A DNA stretch of 64,000 nucleotides from Ophelia neglecta (Eukaryota): contig OZ260667.1 of the NCBI GenBank assembly GCA_965285935.1, positions 63,674,001-63,738,000 on the forward strand, written 5' to 3'. This document shows positions 26,936 to 40,184 of the stretch, piece after piece (within the stretch, counting starts at the first letter, position 1; every line of letters starts with the position of its first letter). A model generated the notes under the pieces. The model did not search any database. It worked only from the letters and a program-made list of their open reading frames with translations, and was not told the origin of the DNA. The position numbers and the translations under genes are program-made.

Positions 26936-29900
26936 CCATCTTAAATATTAAGCTACACCCTTATACATTACCCCATTGTATTATGACTGTGTACTATATT
27001 GTGAACTCCAGGCTAAATACCTTGTCCTGTTATACAGTCTGTTCCCCAAACTGGTCTCCACAGATCAATTGTACACCGAGTCCAATCTGTTGGCCATTGT
27101 TCTATTTTCATACAATGCCTCAATAAACTTAATGCCAACCTACTACGAACATGTATCTACCGATACAAGATATAAAGGGGGGCTCCAGTATTATCGGAGG
27201 AGGATCAAATGTTACATTTATTCTCCTGATATTCCCTGTTTGTAACATGCGTCCTCCACCTCCTAAGGAAGCCTGTATGTCTTTAAAGGCCCTTGTCCTG
27301 GTTCGTCTCTATATTTCAGTATACGTGGAACACTGAAAGGAACAAATGCTATTTGGTGGTCAGATCTGTATTTCCTCATTTCCACCTTCAGTTTGAGCTC
27401 AATGTTCCTCGTCACAGGGTCCACATCATCTGTTATGAAGATGCCTGTTTTTGCCATCTTTTCGGGGGAATTCTTAAAACATTGTCCCTTTGGTGTTATT
27501 TTACCATCCTGGTGTGTATAAGCCGAGGTCTCTTGTTTTCCTCTGATTCCTGGTTGGCCATAAACGTTGGGGTGCGATGTATAATATCAATTTAAGCATC
27601 CTCTTTTTGCACCCCCAATTTTTCATCAAATAGTTTATATATAGTTTCTGTCAAACACGCCTGGTTCTCTGCCCTGTTTTCGGGCATGCCATGAATAACT
27701 AAACTGTTTCTTCTATTTCGATTGCTGAGATCTACTAGTTTCTTTTGCAAGGCGAGAATGCCATCTTTACCTGCCATATGTTGTTGTATTTTCTCTATAC
27801 TCTGTTTGAGTCTCTTCCATGTTTGTAAGTCCCTGCTATACGTTGAATCATTTGAAACATATCATAATGGGGGGTAATGTTCATTAAAATGGCTGACATA
27901 AGTGAACAGCTGACCTTTATTCATCGGTTATATTTATATGAATTTAAAATTGTGCCATTTCTGGCACTACATCGAACTTACACACATTTTCAACCCTCTT
28001 TAATCACCCGTCCATCGACTTCTGACAAGTTAATAATGGAAAATAAGGTATTGGTTACAAGCCGCATAACAAAAATATCAATGAATCAATATGTAACGTT
28101 ACCATTGTAACTGTGAATGTAAATTATCACCTAAATGCTATCTAGAGCTGGTAATGGTTTACGATTAGATTTCTCTCCTATATATTAACCTCATATTCAG
28201 CTTCACACGGTTTCAAAATAACAACAATTATATTTAAATCATCAATAACCCATAAGATATCATCGGACTGATTTAAAAGTAACATGCTTCTCTGGAACAG
28301 TACAGTTCATTCAGAAATATTTATGTTTTAACATTAAGCAGCAAGTATGTTTTAACATTAAGCAGCAAGTATTCGTTAAGTGGAGGAGGCAACGGGTAAG
28401 TCAAAATGCAGCAAACTATATAAGATGAATACTTGTTAAAAATTCCTAACAGAAAATGTCTAACAGAGCGACACAAATGGCTATTCCTCCTCGGAACTTT
28501 GTCTAATGATAAATATTTACTTGTATTGCCTTTTCAAGATATTATTGGGTACTAAATGTACTGGTTGCATTGTCAATTTCATTTTTTATTGTATTGTGTT
28601 TTGTATCAAGGTTGCCCCAGGTTTCTAGATTTTACATTGTCACACATTCTGAGGGCTAACTTTAAAATCGAGACACGTGTTATCAGTTAACGTTGGTGGA
28701 AGTAGTGTGATGAAGGTAGATGGAGGTGATTGAGGGGTGAAGGCTTTCCCTCAGCCTGCCGGAGATCTAGCGTTATCCTTCAAACTATGGGTGTTACGTG
28801 GTCTGTGCCAAAAAAATCCTAGGCCACCGACCTTCACCCACTAACACCCACATCCCGCCTATAAATGTTTTCATGTCGCCAATTCCAGCTTTGATCGTCA
28901 CAACAGGAGCTCTGCTGTCAGCCTCCTCATCGCATGAATCTCTAGCGAATCACGGACCTCAATGTTCGGTTCTGGGAGTCCCTACACCTTCTGACTGTTT
29001 CAGCACTGCATGGAGTTCAGCTCTTCCGTTGGTCAATGATTGGATACAGGTGAGCTGATATTAGACTGTGAAATGTAATTTTAATACTATTTAGTCATTT
29101 AGCGGCAAACACGTTGTCTATGTGGGTTATATATAGGTGAAGGGTTCGGGTTGTGCCTTGCGGGTAGGTCTATTTTTGAAGCTATGGGTTAGCATTGTGA
29201 GAAGTGTTGGAGAAATGTTAACGCTCAATTGTTAGTTATGATTATTTCCATGTGCTAATAAACAGAGGCAGGGCTTGTAATTATAGGCTTGTAAGATGGA
29301 AACGGTTTTCTTTTTGTTATTCATGCTTGGTAGTAGTAGAGGATAAGTACTCTTTGATTCCGATATGACAATTAAGGTAAATGGACATTGAAGGAAGAAA
29401 ATGGGTCTGGAATGATAAGTGTGGTAAGGCGATGTGAATGTTTACGGACAAGGGGTGAGGTGAGAAAAAGGGGGGTGAAGGGTGACGTGTCAGGTGTGTA
29501 TGCTGAGGACTGTGATGTATTAGGGTTAAGATTATGCTGATTATTTTCACTTATACCAAGGGGTGATGTACCTTATTACATGTTATTAATGTATAATAAA
29601 TAGAGATGACGGGTGGTGTGTATACATATAAATATATATATGATCATAAACTTATATATTATAATTATATAATTGTTATTAATGTGATACAGATCGTGAT
29701 TGTTTTTAATTCATATAGTAGTATATGACAGGTGGACCTGGTAGTTTCTTACGGAATCGTCGCCGTTGCTACACTGGGCCGTAAAACTAGATACTTACAG
29801 TGGGTAACGTCGTTTAAGTTGGCCAGCTTTGATCGAAGTGACGTCATATTCTACCCCACTGGCGCAGAACAAACTGTTAAGGTGAGCCACACAAAACTTG

Positions 29901-30169
29901 TCTGGAAAATCTCAATTATTATCACTAATATAATACGTCTAGGAGTCAAAATCAGCGTCGGTTTATACATTATTGGCAAATAAACTGTTGTCCGTATACG
30001 AGCTGGCTGCTAAGGTACTCTCAACTACAATCGAGCAATGCCGTAGTGGTCTAAAGGAAGTTACTCAGTGTCTCAGAATGTTTATCCTCCCAGTAGTTTT
30101 CAGCACATGGAACATAAAACGTTTACAGCGTACCAGTGATATTACTGGATATAAGTGGTTATTTCAGTG

Positions 30170-30600
30170 GTATCGCAGTTTAGCAAAAGAAGTTGAAATA
30201 CAACAACCACTATTGCAGTGGCCCGCCACTGAATAAGTGGACGGCAGAAAAACGTTATTACCGTCTTTACAACACCAAGTTATCCTTCTGGTAACGCCCT
30301 AGTAACTGAGAATAATGTGCAATAGGAAAATGATATAGGATTATAAGCGAAAAACATAACGGTAGTGATCAACAACATCATTACAATGCCATTATTAGCT
30401 GTGGAAGTTATTGGGGTAAAGCTAGATATTCGTGAGAATGGTGGGTCTCTTCGTTTTTTCTTTTCTTTTCCAAAATGGCTCATAACTGTGGAGGTTACTA
30501 AATCGATGTATGGATACCAAATTGTTCTTATGTATCGCTATCATAATTCTAGTGTTGCAATCACGGAATAATAAGCGTGACGAACATTAAATCGGCTACT
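30170..30600 (-). pseudogene. Possible decayed class A GPCR fragment (TM5-TM7)
   Basis: Across shifting frames, in GPCR order: FVTLIIP / CNTRIMIAIHK (TM5-like), IVMMLLITTVMFFAYNP (TM6-like), CNSG..FNFFC* (TM7 NFxxY-like). Several stops and frameshifts. Confidence 0.35.
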
Positions 30601-31078
30601 AATGACACACTCTTCCACACGTCAACTAACCCTTTGTTTATATTAGTTATTTGCGCAAACTGTCTGTATAAAAGCTTCTGAGGGAAACCGTATTTGGACA
30701 ACCAAACTATAATGGCCGGTGGATATATTTTTAAAAATATTTCTGTTCGTTGCGAAATACTTCAGTTTATTGATTTTTTTTCCAGATATTTATTGGAAAC
30801 TTTGACCAGAACACGGAGGTTAAAAACATCCTGTGTCCCCCTCTAGTGGCCAGGAGAGTAAGACTGTATCCTATGACGTACTACGGTGCCTGCAGTCTCT
30901 GGTTGGAGCTGTACAGCTTCGGCGCTGTATAATTTGAATCGAGCAAAATTCTAATATATAAATGGATGAACCTGACATAGGAAACAAACTATTGTGATGA
31001 ACTCCATGTGAAAAGCGCTGTCAGTTAGCTCTTTTGTTCATATACTACTTAATATCAAAATTTAAAAGAATAGCCATA

Positions 31079-31257
31079 CAGTTAAACCTGTCTAATTAGG
31101 TCAGTCAAAGGACTGGAAAAAACTAACCACATTATGTAAAGACCTTAATATGCAGGTCAGTTAACACAGGAATATAATGGGGGTTGGATTATTATTTAGT
31201 GACCTTAGTGGGAAGGTGACCTTATCACAAAGGTGACCACAAACACAGGTTTCACTG
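31079..31257. mobile_element. Tc1/mariner-type MITE (divergent subfamily)
   Basis: TA|cagttaaacctgt ... acaggtttcactg|TA, 179 bp. Confidence 0.8.
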
Positions 31258-32071
31258 TATTTAAATATCGAAGTTTTCTGTGCATTGAGGCTTTATTCAC
31301 TTAATAATATTTGTGCAGTATAATGTATATAATCATGGAAAAAATGGAAAATAGTCACAAATATATATGACGAACATGTACATCAGTTGTTTCCAAAGGA
31401 AAAGGAAACCATTTTGTCGATCTGTTCTTCAATAAACCTCTTCAAGCACACTATGTGTTCGACGTTTGATGATTATTTGGTAACAGATACTACTCCTCTA
31501 CTGTGTGACTCCAAGTTTATCTTTAATATTTTTAATTGTTTGAGCCCCCATAGAATGTACGGGTTCAACAGTACAGCCAACTAACTACGAATGTTGTTAT
31601 TCAGTTTAAGGCGAATCATTTAAATAACAAACCGTGTTATACAAACATAGATCACGTAAAAGAGATCAAACTTATGCTTACTAGGACAGTGTAATACAAA
31701 TGGAAATTATACTATATCTAGTATATTGCCATATAAATGTGTTGCCTTATGTAGAGATAAATATGTATCCTAGGTCACCCGGATGTATACACCTTGTTTA
31801 TACATCCTGTCCTAACGAATGACGTCACAACAAGGATAATTGTTTAGATATTAAACAGATAACCTATAATCATTTTCAGAAATCCAAGCACCTTCGGATT
31901 ATGTTTTTTTATGGGTAGGACGGGATACCTATAACTGTAGTTGCTATTATATAAAGCAATATAGGTATACTTCACTGTATACCTATGTGTAACAATGGGT
32001 TAAGTAGAATATGATTTACACAAAGGAGGTTGTAGCAAAGTTAACTTTTGCGCCACGTTTATCCACAATAG

Positions 32072-32250
32072 TAGAGATTTTTAGATTTATCTGACGTGTC
32101 TCTCCGGTACACGTGGAGCTCAGCCGACTTGGCAATAAAGTTGATGTTAGCATCGGGACTTTTTGTGTTCACAGAAGTGGCAACCTTTGCCTGGTTGGCT
32201 GGGCCCCACGGCTCTCAGACGCACACGTCACAATAATCTAAAACTGTCTA
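32072..32250. mobile_element. MITE with ~28 bp imperfect TIRs (possibly PIF/Harbinger-like)
   Basis: Left end tagagatttttagatttatctgacgtgt; right end reverse complement tagacagttttagattattgtgacgtgt. Superfamily is inferred. Confidence 0.6.
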
Positions 32251-33233
32251 TATCTGTCTAACTTTGATTCCTGTCGCGCTTTCTTTAAGCTGTGAACTAA
32301 CACAGTTTAGGTAGTAGTTCGGTTGTGATGTTTAGACTTAGTCCGCTCAGCGATCCCCCCTCCCCCTCCCGTTTAGTGAGGTAATACATTGCATTAATAA
32401 GGCTAGGTTAACTTCGAGTACAATCAAAAAAAACATTGCTATATACAACGATCGAAACTCCACCAGCATTGGAGGTTACGATAGGTTTGTAATCGCCTTT
32501 CAGCACCACCGCGGTAATAGAATTCAAAAAAGGAGGCTGGTAATCTTTGTCCAGTTCCGAAATATTGTAAAATTTAGAAACAGGTTGGGAAAAAGCTAAG
32601 GAACAACAGAAACATACGCCATGTGGGTTGGGTTGGGGGGAAAATGTTGCTTACGCCCCTCCCTCCATCGTGACCTCCCCTCGCCAGGACCCCCCCCCCC
32701 CCTAAATCCGCAAATGAAATACGGATTGGAACTACCACAACAACAGATAACTTTTCAATTTATAATTACATTCAAAATAATTGTGCTATTTAGGGCAATG
32801 ATAGATAGAATAAAAGAGGCAAACCATTAGATTAAAAATATAAAAAATCACAATATAAACCGGCAGAAGACTCTAAGTTGGAGTTGGGTCCACACAATTA
32901 AAATGTACACGACCAAGGGTGTACATAGCACTGAATCAACATCAATAAAGTCCGGTATAGCCTTCACGCAGACGTATAATATATAACAAGGACTGCTTGA
33001 GAAAGTAGCTCAGAGTATTAGAGTGTTTCAAATGCAATTGTATCAATTAAACTCTTGATTTTGCATTTCATTTCACGCACAACTCAAGCTCGGGCGTACA
33101 GCGTGCCGTCAAGTGGCGATAATCAATGAAAGTCCGAAGTCTACGTTCATATCTTATCAACGAGTGTGCAAAACACGGGTTGAATCACGGCCCAGACGCG
33201 GTTGTGTATCTACTGCTGTTGTTCATTCTTAAA

Positions 33234-36200
33234 ATGGCCGCCACAAAGGTATGCTTATCTTATGTGTTAATTAATATAGCTGGTAACATTATAACATAAA
33301 TGAAGGGCATTAACTCTAAGGTTGTTTTGAATGCCGTAAATGCCTAGGTCATTGAACGCCTTGCAAAAAATATGTTTTATTTACATTTAGTGTCGACTAG
33401 CAGCAAAACCTGGTTTAGGTAACCGGACCACAAGAACATTAAATACATAAATTAAACACTGTATAATAGTATATAATACTGTATAACACTGTAATACCAC
33501 AATAAGAACCTTTGTATAGGAGGGAATTAAATTGATTAAAATTAAGAACGAGGAAGGCTTTGGTCACGTCCTTATTACCACTAAATACCACACTACAATA
33601 TCTAGTGTCGATTATAATATTGTAAGTGCGCCAAGTCTAGTCTTGTCTAGTCTTGTCACGAATCCACCCGTTCTTTCTCCGGGGAAGGAAGACAGGCACC
33701 TATTTTTCACCACACATTCCCATCTGGAGACGGGGGGGGGGGGGGGGGGAGAGAGAGAGACTAAGGGCCCCGTCCTGAGGATCCACACTCCCCGGGAGTT
33801 TCATAGAGCTTGGCAAGGAAACGTGTTGAGTGTCTCCCCCTGGAGGAGGGGGGGGGGGGAAGTTGTGGGACTGAATTATAACATGTGTTTGCTATATTGA
33901 AATCGGCCAGTTCTAACTGTATAGTAATCACACAGTAAGGCATCGAGTCAACATGTACCAGAAGCTCAGTGGTCCCCCAAGAGTGCAACGGCACAAACTG
34001 ATGACTCGCCCCCCCCCCCCCCCCCCCCCCCAAATTGCCTTGCTTTATTATGAAATTTCCATCTTTCTCAGCGGAGAATAGTGGAGAATAAATCTTATGA
34101 TATGAATTCAGATTGTGGTCGACGAAGGGCTTGTGTAACGTGTCTGGGACATGATTATATTGTTATATATGTGTGGAGTTGTGTCAGCCATATTGGTTCA
34201 AAGGTTGAGGTTAGTTTCCCTGTTCAATAAGCCACAGCGATAGATGTGATACAGCGGTCTTGTGATATTAAATCAATAATGGCAAAGCCAAATTCGAATG
34301 TAAACAGACGTACCATGTAATGAACTGTCGAGCATACAGTCACCATCTATATATAAGGTAAAGTCCAGTTATTGTGCGTATCTTGTGTGCATCGTGTAAA
34401 ACCAGCCTTATTCTAAGCACGATGTTCGCATAAATAGATAGATTACCTAGTCAAATAAAACTACTGTGTGGGAGGATTAAACGATGTGCAGAAATGACTG
34501 ATTATATAACGTATCCTCTGCCTCTTCATTATTAACCGACGTTATTATATATCCTCTGCCTATTCATATTCAACCGACGTTACCACATATCCTCTGACTG
34601 TTCATTATTATTTGACGTTACCATTCATCCTTTGCATGGTCATAATTACCTGACTGTGACACTCTGCCTGTTCATAATTAACCGACATTACCATATATTC
34701 TCTGCGTGTTCATAATTAACCGACATTACCATATATTCTCTGCGTGTTCATAATTAACCGACGTTACCATATATTCTCTGTGTGTTCATAATGAACCGAC
34801 ATTACTATATATTCTCTGTGTGTTCATAATTAACCGACGTTACCATATATTCTCTGCGTGTTCATAATTAACCGACGTTACCATATATTCTCTGCGTGTT
34901 CATAATTAACCGACATTACCATATATTCTCTGCGTGTTCATAATTAACTGACGTTACCATATATTCTCTGTGTGTTCATAATTAACCGACGTTACCATAC
35001 ATCCTCTGCGTGTTCATTGTTATCCGAAGTTACCATTTATCATCTGCCTATTCATAATCAACTGACGTTACTATATATCCTCTGCCTTTTCATGATAAAC
35101 CGGCGTTACTATATATCCTCTGCCAGTTCATAATCAACGGACGTTACCATATATTCTCCGCCTGTTTAAAATTAACCGACGTTACCATTTATCATCTGCG
35201 CGTTCATTAATATATGATGTTACCATATATATTCTGCGTGTTCATAATTAACCGACGTTGCCGTTATACGTTGCGTGTTCATAATTAACCGACAGTACCA
35301 TATATCCACTGGTTGTCCATAATGTGACCAAAGATCATCTGCCGGTTTATATTTAACCGACGTTACCATATATCCTTTGCCTGTTGATAGAGCTAGGACT
35401 TTTCATTGCCAAATGGCATTTATTGAAATGGTTTGTCCGACCCGTCTACACTACCCCCTGATAGGCTCCAGTACATTTTCCCGCCCTCCCCCCCCCCCCC
35501 CCGGAGGCGTGGATAAAAGCTCATATCGATGCCAAAACTTTGCTCTGCTTTAAAGATTGATAGCTTTTATTGAACACGATTTGAAGATAATACATTTTTA
35601 TAGCCCTGAGTTATTTTTAAGACGAAAATTCGGGTTCTTAACATGTAATTTTGTGATTTTATTTCATAAATTTAACACTTTTTGTAATTTTGAGTTTTAT
35701 AAAGACAAAGTTTCGAGATCTATGTCAATAAATATCGTAATTTCGAGTGTTCATGTTAGTTTGCTCCTGACACACTAGCAGACTTCCGTAAAACGATCTT
35801 TCATCATCCTTGTAACAATCTCCTTTTTTGATATCTACAATAATGCAATGAGCACACCTATAAAACTGTCAAAGCTATTTCAGATCATTATTTGTTTACA
35901 CAAATCCTGTTCTGATGTAAGTGAGAATTTCATACCCGATATATCAATTGACATAATAAGGATTAGATCGCCTGAGGTATTCAGGCTAATTTAGCCCTAA
36001 ATATTCCGAATAAGAGAAATTCAGATATTATGAACGTGCTCAGACAAGCATCGTCGCCGTGCGTAGACTGGGAAAATTATTTTGATGCGTTTTGATAATA
36101 TGAATGTTAGTTTTCTTGAATCATAAGTCTAATACCATTGTTGTTTAATACATTTATAGTTTATATATAATGTAAATAATCAGTTACTTTCCCTAAAACG

Positions 36201-39200
36201 ATGTGCATCTTCCAGGAAGAATTTACCACACCCAGCGTGCCTAATAAATTTAATAAATAATGATAAATTAATTGTTTGGGTGTCAATTTAATTTTAGTTA
36301 CAAATGGGACCTGATGAAGAAAAAAAGCCTCATAAACTTATAACCTGTGCAGTTCTCCTCATCCCTAATCCCGTTTTTATTTCGATTATCATGGAATGCA
36401 TGTCAAACAAGCACCAAGAGCTTGCCCTCTAGATGTCACACACATTCGATTGATCACATATATCTATTGGTTCAAATCGATATAGAAAGAAGTATTTTTC
36501 AAATTTTCGTGTTTTTGTATTTTATTGTAATGTGTCATTATTAATGTATTACCAAACAAAATCTATAATACTTTAATTTCAGAGCCTCCTCCGAGCATGC
36601 CAAAGTGGCGATCTTAAAACGTTGAAGCAGGTGATAGGCAAGGGGAATGTAAATACTAAGTTCAACGACGACGATACTCCCCTCCACATCGCGTCGGCAA
36701 GAGGTCATGTCAGTTGCTGTCGTGTATTGCTAGGCCAGGGGGCCTACATTAACGCCCAGAACTGCAGAGGCGCTACCCCCCTTCGCCGAGCAAGTAACAA
36801 CCGCCATGTTGCATGTTGTAAACTTTTGCTAGAGAATGGCGCGTCTATCGATTTGCAGGACAACACAGGTCAAACCTCTCTATGGGGAGCTTGTTATAAC
36901 GGTTATGATGACTGTTGTAAACTTTTACTGGGGAATGGGGCTTCCTTTGATATAGCGCCTAAGAACGGCGCTACCCCCCTCCATGTCTCTGCCCAAGAAG
37001 GTCATGTAGGCTGCTGTCGTATTTTGATAGATAACGGCGCCTCCGTCAATAACCAGAACTGCGAAGGGGTAACACCCCTTCGTCGAGCGAGTTACAAAGG
37101 CCATGTTGACTGTTGTAAACTTTTACTGGAGAATGGCGCCTCCATTGATTTGCAGGACAACGCAGGTCAGACCGCCTTATACGCAGCTTGTTATAACGGC
37201 CATGTTGACTGTTGTAAGCTGTTACTAGAGAATGGGGCTTCCCCTGATAAAGCATCTAAAAACGGTGCTTCTCCCCTGCATGTCGCTGCCCAGGAAGGTC
37301 ATGTAGGTTGCTGTCGTATTTTGATAGACAACGGTGCCTCTGTTAACACCAAGTGCTGCGAAGGGTTAACACCCCTTCGCCGAGCTAGTAACAATGGTCA
37401 TGTTGACTGTTGTATTTATTTGCTGGAGAATGGCGCCCTCATTAATATGCAGGACAACACGGGCCGGACCTCTCTATGGGGAGCTTGTTCCAATGGCCAT
37501 GTTGAGTGTTGTAAACTTTTACTACAGAATTGGGCTTCCGTTGATATTCCAAATGTGAACGGGTTCTATCCACTCCACATAGCTTCTCAGGAAGGTCATG
37601 CAGATTGCTGTGGCTCTCTGATAGAAAATGGTGCATCCATTACTGCCCTAAGCAAAGAGGGATTAACCCCTCTTTTCCTTGCATGTAAGAGCGGTCACAT
37701 TAAATGTGTTGAGGTATTGTTGGAAAAAAGCGAAGAGCTATGCCTTGATGATTCTGTACCTATAGATACTGCAAGGTCAATGGGTCATTCCGAAATTGTT
37801 AGACTATTAGAAGAATATAAGGTCAAGGTGGGTGAAAGCAAAAAGAGACTGAAGAACCTCTCCACAATAGGACCTAACTCGAGCAAGTCCGAACTGAAAA
37901 TAGACACGTGTACAAACACCAAGCTCTGCCAGCTGTTTATTCAAAGCTTAGAGTTGAGTGGTGAGTCTATCAAACTTAATCATTGTGTTAGTTTAGCTGT
38001 GGTGTTTACTTGTTGTTCAGTAGTGTTCTGTTGTAAATGGCAAAAATAATGTAAATGAAAATCAAAATATCGTCTTAAGGTTTGGACCTATATAAGTAAA
38101 CGTAATACAATTTCTAACCTGTACTAATGTTTTTACCTCCCCAGATGCCTACTTTAATCCACAATATGACGTTTGTTTCTGTGAAAGTTGTCACCGTGAG
38201 AGAGGAGACAATCTTTACTTCACCCGTGGAAAACCTCCCAAGGACTACGGCCTTCCTATAGGATGGTTCAAGTTTGGGCTGGTGTGAGTATTCCCATTAT
38301 ATTTCTAGTCTCCTATGATATTAATGAAATGATGAATGTACCTTAAACAACAAATTTTTCAATTTTTTCAGAGCCCCAGCTAAAGCAGCAGCCGAGAGAG
38401 CATTTGATGAGTGGCATGTGGCGTTTCACGGCACTCGAGCTGAATGCGTCGGACAAATTCTGAAGACGGCTGATCTACTAATGCCAGGCAAATATACCTG
38501 CATTCATCAGTTGAATTATTACAATAATCAGTGTTAAGGATGAATAATGAATAAAATTATTAGGTATTGTTAGTAACAACAATAAAGAGTAATATAAATA
38601 GTTAAGAGCTTGTGAATTAATGAAACTAAGGGGGCATAAAAGAAAAATAAGGGATGTTAGACAGGTACAGAGCCATAGGTTTATTGAGCACATCTCTCAC
38701 TAGGAACTTGGTAAAGTTGTCTGCTACAAGCAATATGCCAGATTCCTTATTAGATATTCTAAACAAAAATATCGAAACATTTTTCTCACTTTCAGGTGAT
38801 TACACACCCGAGGGAGCCCGTCTAAAACCGCCACCCAACCACTTTGATGACGACAATCCAGCAATGACGCCACCTGCCGGTCATGACGTCAGCAAGATAT
38901 ACCTCTCTCCGTCCATCAGATATTCAGGGCTAGAAGTGTATGCCCCCAGATCAACGTTAGTGTGCCCGGTACTAGTATCTAAACAATTAAAGGCACCTAG
39001 GTGTTAATACTTTAACTAGGGGTTCATCGTCGGACAAGACGATTGGTTGATTTAAATTAGTGTTTTACGTGCTCTTGCACTGTTGTACATTACGTGTTGC
39101 CAGCCAGTTCAGGTCAGTAGTTGGTATTTTTAACCATAAGGAAATCAAAATGTCAACATAACTGGCGGTGGAGGTAGCAAATCAAGAAGTCTATTGTTTG

Positions 39201-39660
39201 TTGACGGTCCAGTCATAAAATCAAAGAGTGTGTTGATTGTTGAAGGTTAAGTAAGCATAATGAGATGTCGATTTATAGATGACAGTTCTTAGTAAATGTG
39301 GGCATTTTTTTTTCTTGTTCTTTATACACAATTTTGCAATGGCTTCTTGTAAATCATCTCCGTTATTATTTCTCGTTTCACAGATACGAAGACCCGAAAA
39401 CTGGAAGGATTTACAACGTGCAGGTTGCATTCCAAGTCCGAATAAGGCGGGGAACATACGACGTAGGGGACCAGACAGTCGGAGCCAAAGCTGAGATCGA
39501 TCCCAAGTTTCCTAACACTGAGCTGGAGTGGTCCACCAAGAGGAGAGGGGTCACCATCCTAGGTGGGCTCCTTGTCAAGATAAAAGAACCGATGGCGGCT
39601 CCTTCGTTTCGTGCACTGGGCTCACTTGCACCTACTGTACAACAAAATCTGCAATTATGA
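33234..39660 (+). CDS. Ankyrin-repeat + NEURL4-type ADP-ribosyltransferase, copy 2 (apparently intact, ~694 aa)
   Basis: Inferred exons 33234-33248 (MAATK, tentative), 36583-37960 (~12 ANK), 38145-38283, 38372-38487, 38796-38955 and 39384-39660 total 2085 nt with no stop. The last four exons have the same lengths as in copy 1 (139, 116, 160, 277 nt). AFHGT, IYLSPS and ELEW motifs are present. Confidence 0.88.
34500..35385. repeat. Minisatellite, 38 bp unit, ~23 copies
   Basis: Unit cataattaaccgacgttaccatatattctctgcgtgtt; homogeneous in the centre, degenerate at the edges. Confidence 0.95.
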
Positions 39661-40184
39661 AGAATTTGTATTTTCTCACTGTAATACGTGCATGAACTAA
39701 TACAAACAATTCCACAAACTCTCTATAATGACACCTCGTAGCTAGTTCACTGATCATTGTCCGTATGAATTAAAATGTATCCTTGTAGATTATCAACTAC
39801 AGGGGGAAGGAAGTGGGGTTACTGGAATATTTCCTGCAATGCCCAAAACCTATGAATATTACTGAAAAATTAACATGTTCTAATGATTTGACATTTAATA
39901 TTCCACTGAGGTCTTTTATACGAAACATAAATACACGTTTTGTAGATAGTTCTATTTGATTTCTCTATTCTTTCCAAAAAAAGAACTAAGTGTAAAACGA
40001 TTGGTTTTCAACATTGACAGAATTACCTCTTGAGCTGATTAAATCTGTATACAGTTCTTATATGGTTCATTGTGTTAAACTAATTTTTGCGTTTTATTAA
40101 TGTGATATAACTGATCAAAGCGTGTTATGTCTATGTGTATGTTATCATTATTCATTTTTTTACACATTCTGTTTTTTAGATATA

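Larger units (their letters stand above)
20765..28495 (-). mobile_element. Decayed full-length LINE of the L2/Crack/CR1 group, interrupted by a 1.9 kb insert
   Basis: Minus strand ORF1 remnant RRNSLVIHGMPE..IFITDD (27263-27800). ORF2 shows endonuclease (LNIQSI, CLQETW, NIYRPP, GDFNIN, TLIDN, ISDHQP), RT (GVPQGSILGPLLF, IYADDS), HSEPLF and terminal CIVFDCYSCQ. The 3' end has AATAAA plus a tctgagtctga tail at ~20765-20783. 5' end approximate. Confidence 0.9.

Noticed and set aside
26650-27336. Plus-strand ORFs with a repeated KQNLEIY peptide
   Set aside because: Antisense to the LINE spacer and produced by its 104-bp duplication.
28740-29050. Minus-strand TNGRAELHAV resembling the RNase H motif TNNRAEL
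   Set aside because: A single short motif; the other catalytic motifs could not be recovered convincingly among multiple stops.
34500-35385. Regular ~38 bp repeats resembling a CRISPR array
   Set aside because: Units are contiguous with no unique spacers, there are no cas genes, and the context is a eukaryotic intron.
33234-39660. Naming the gene NEURL4 or tankyrase
   Set aside because: No NHR repeats and no SAM domain; only the ART domain is NEURL4-like, so no symbol is given.
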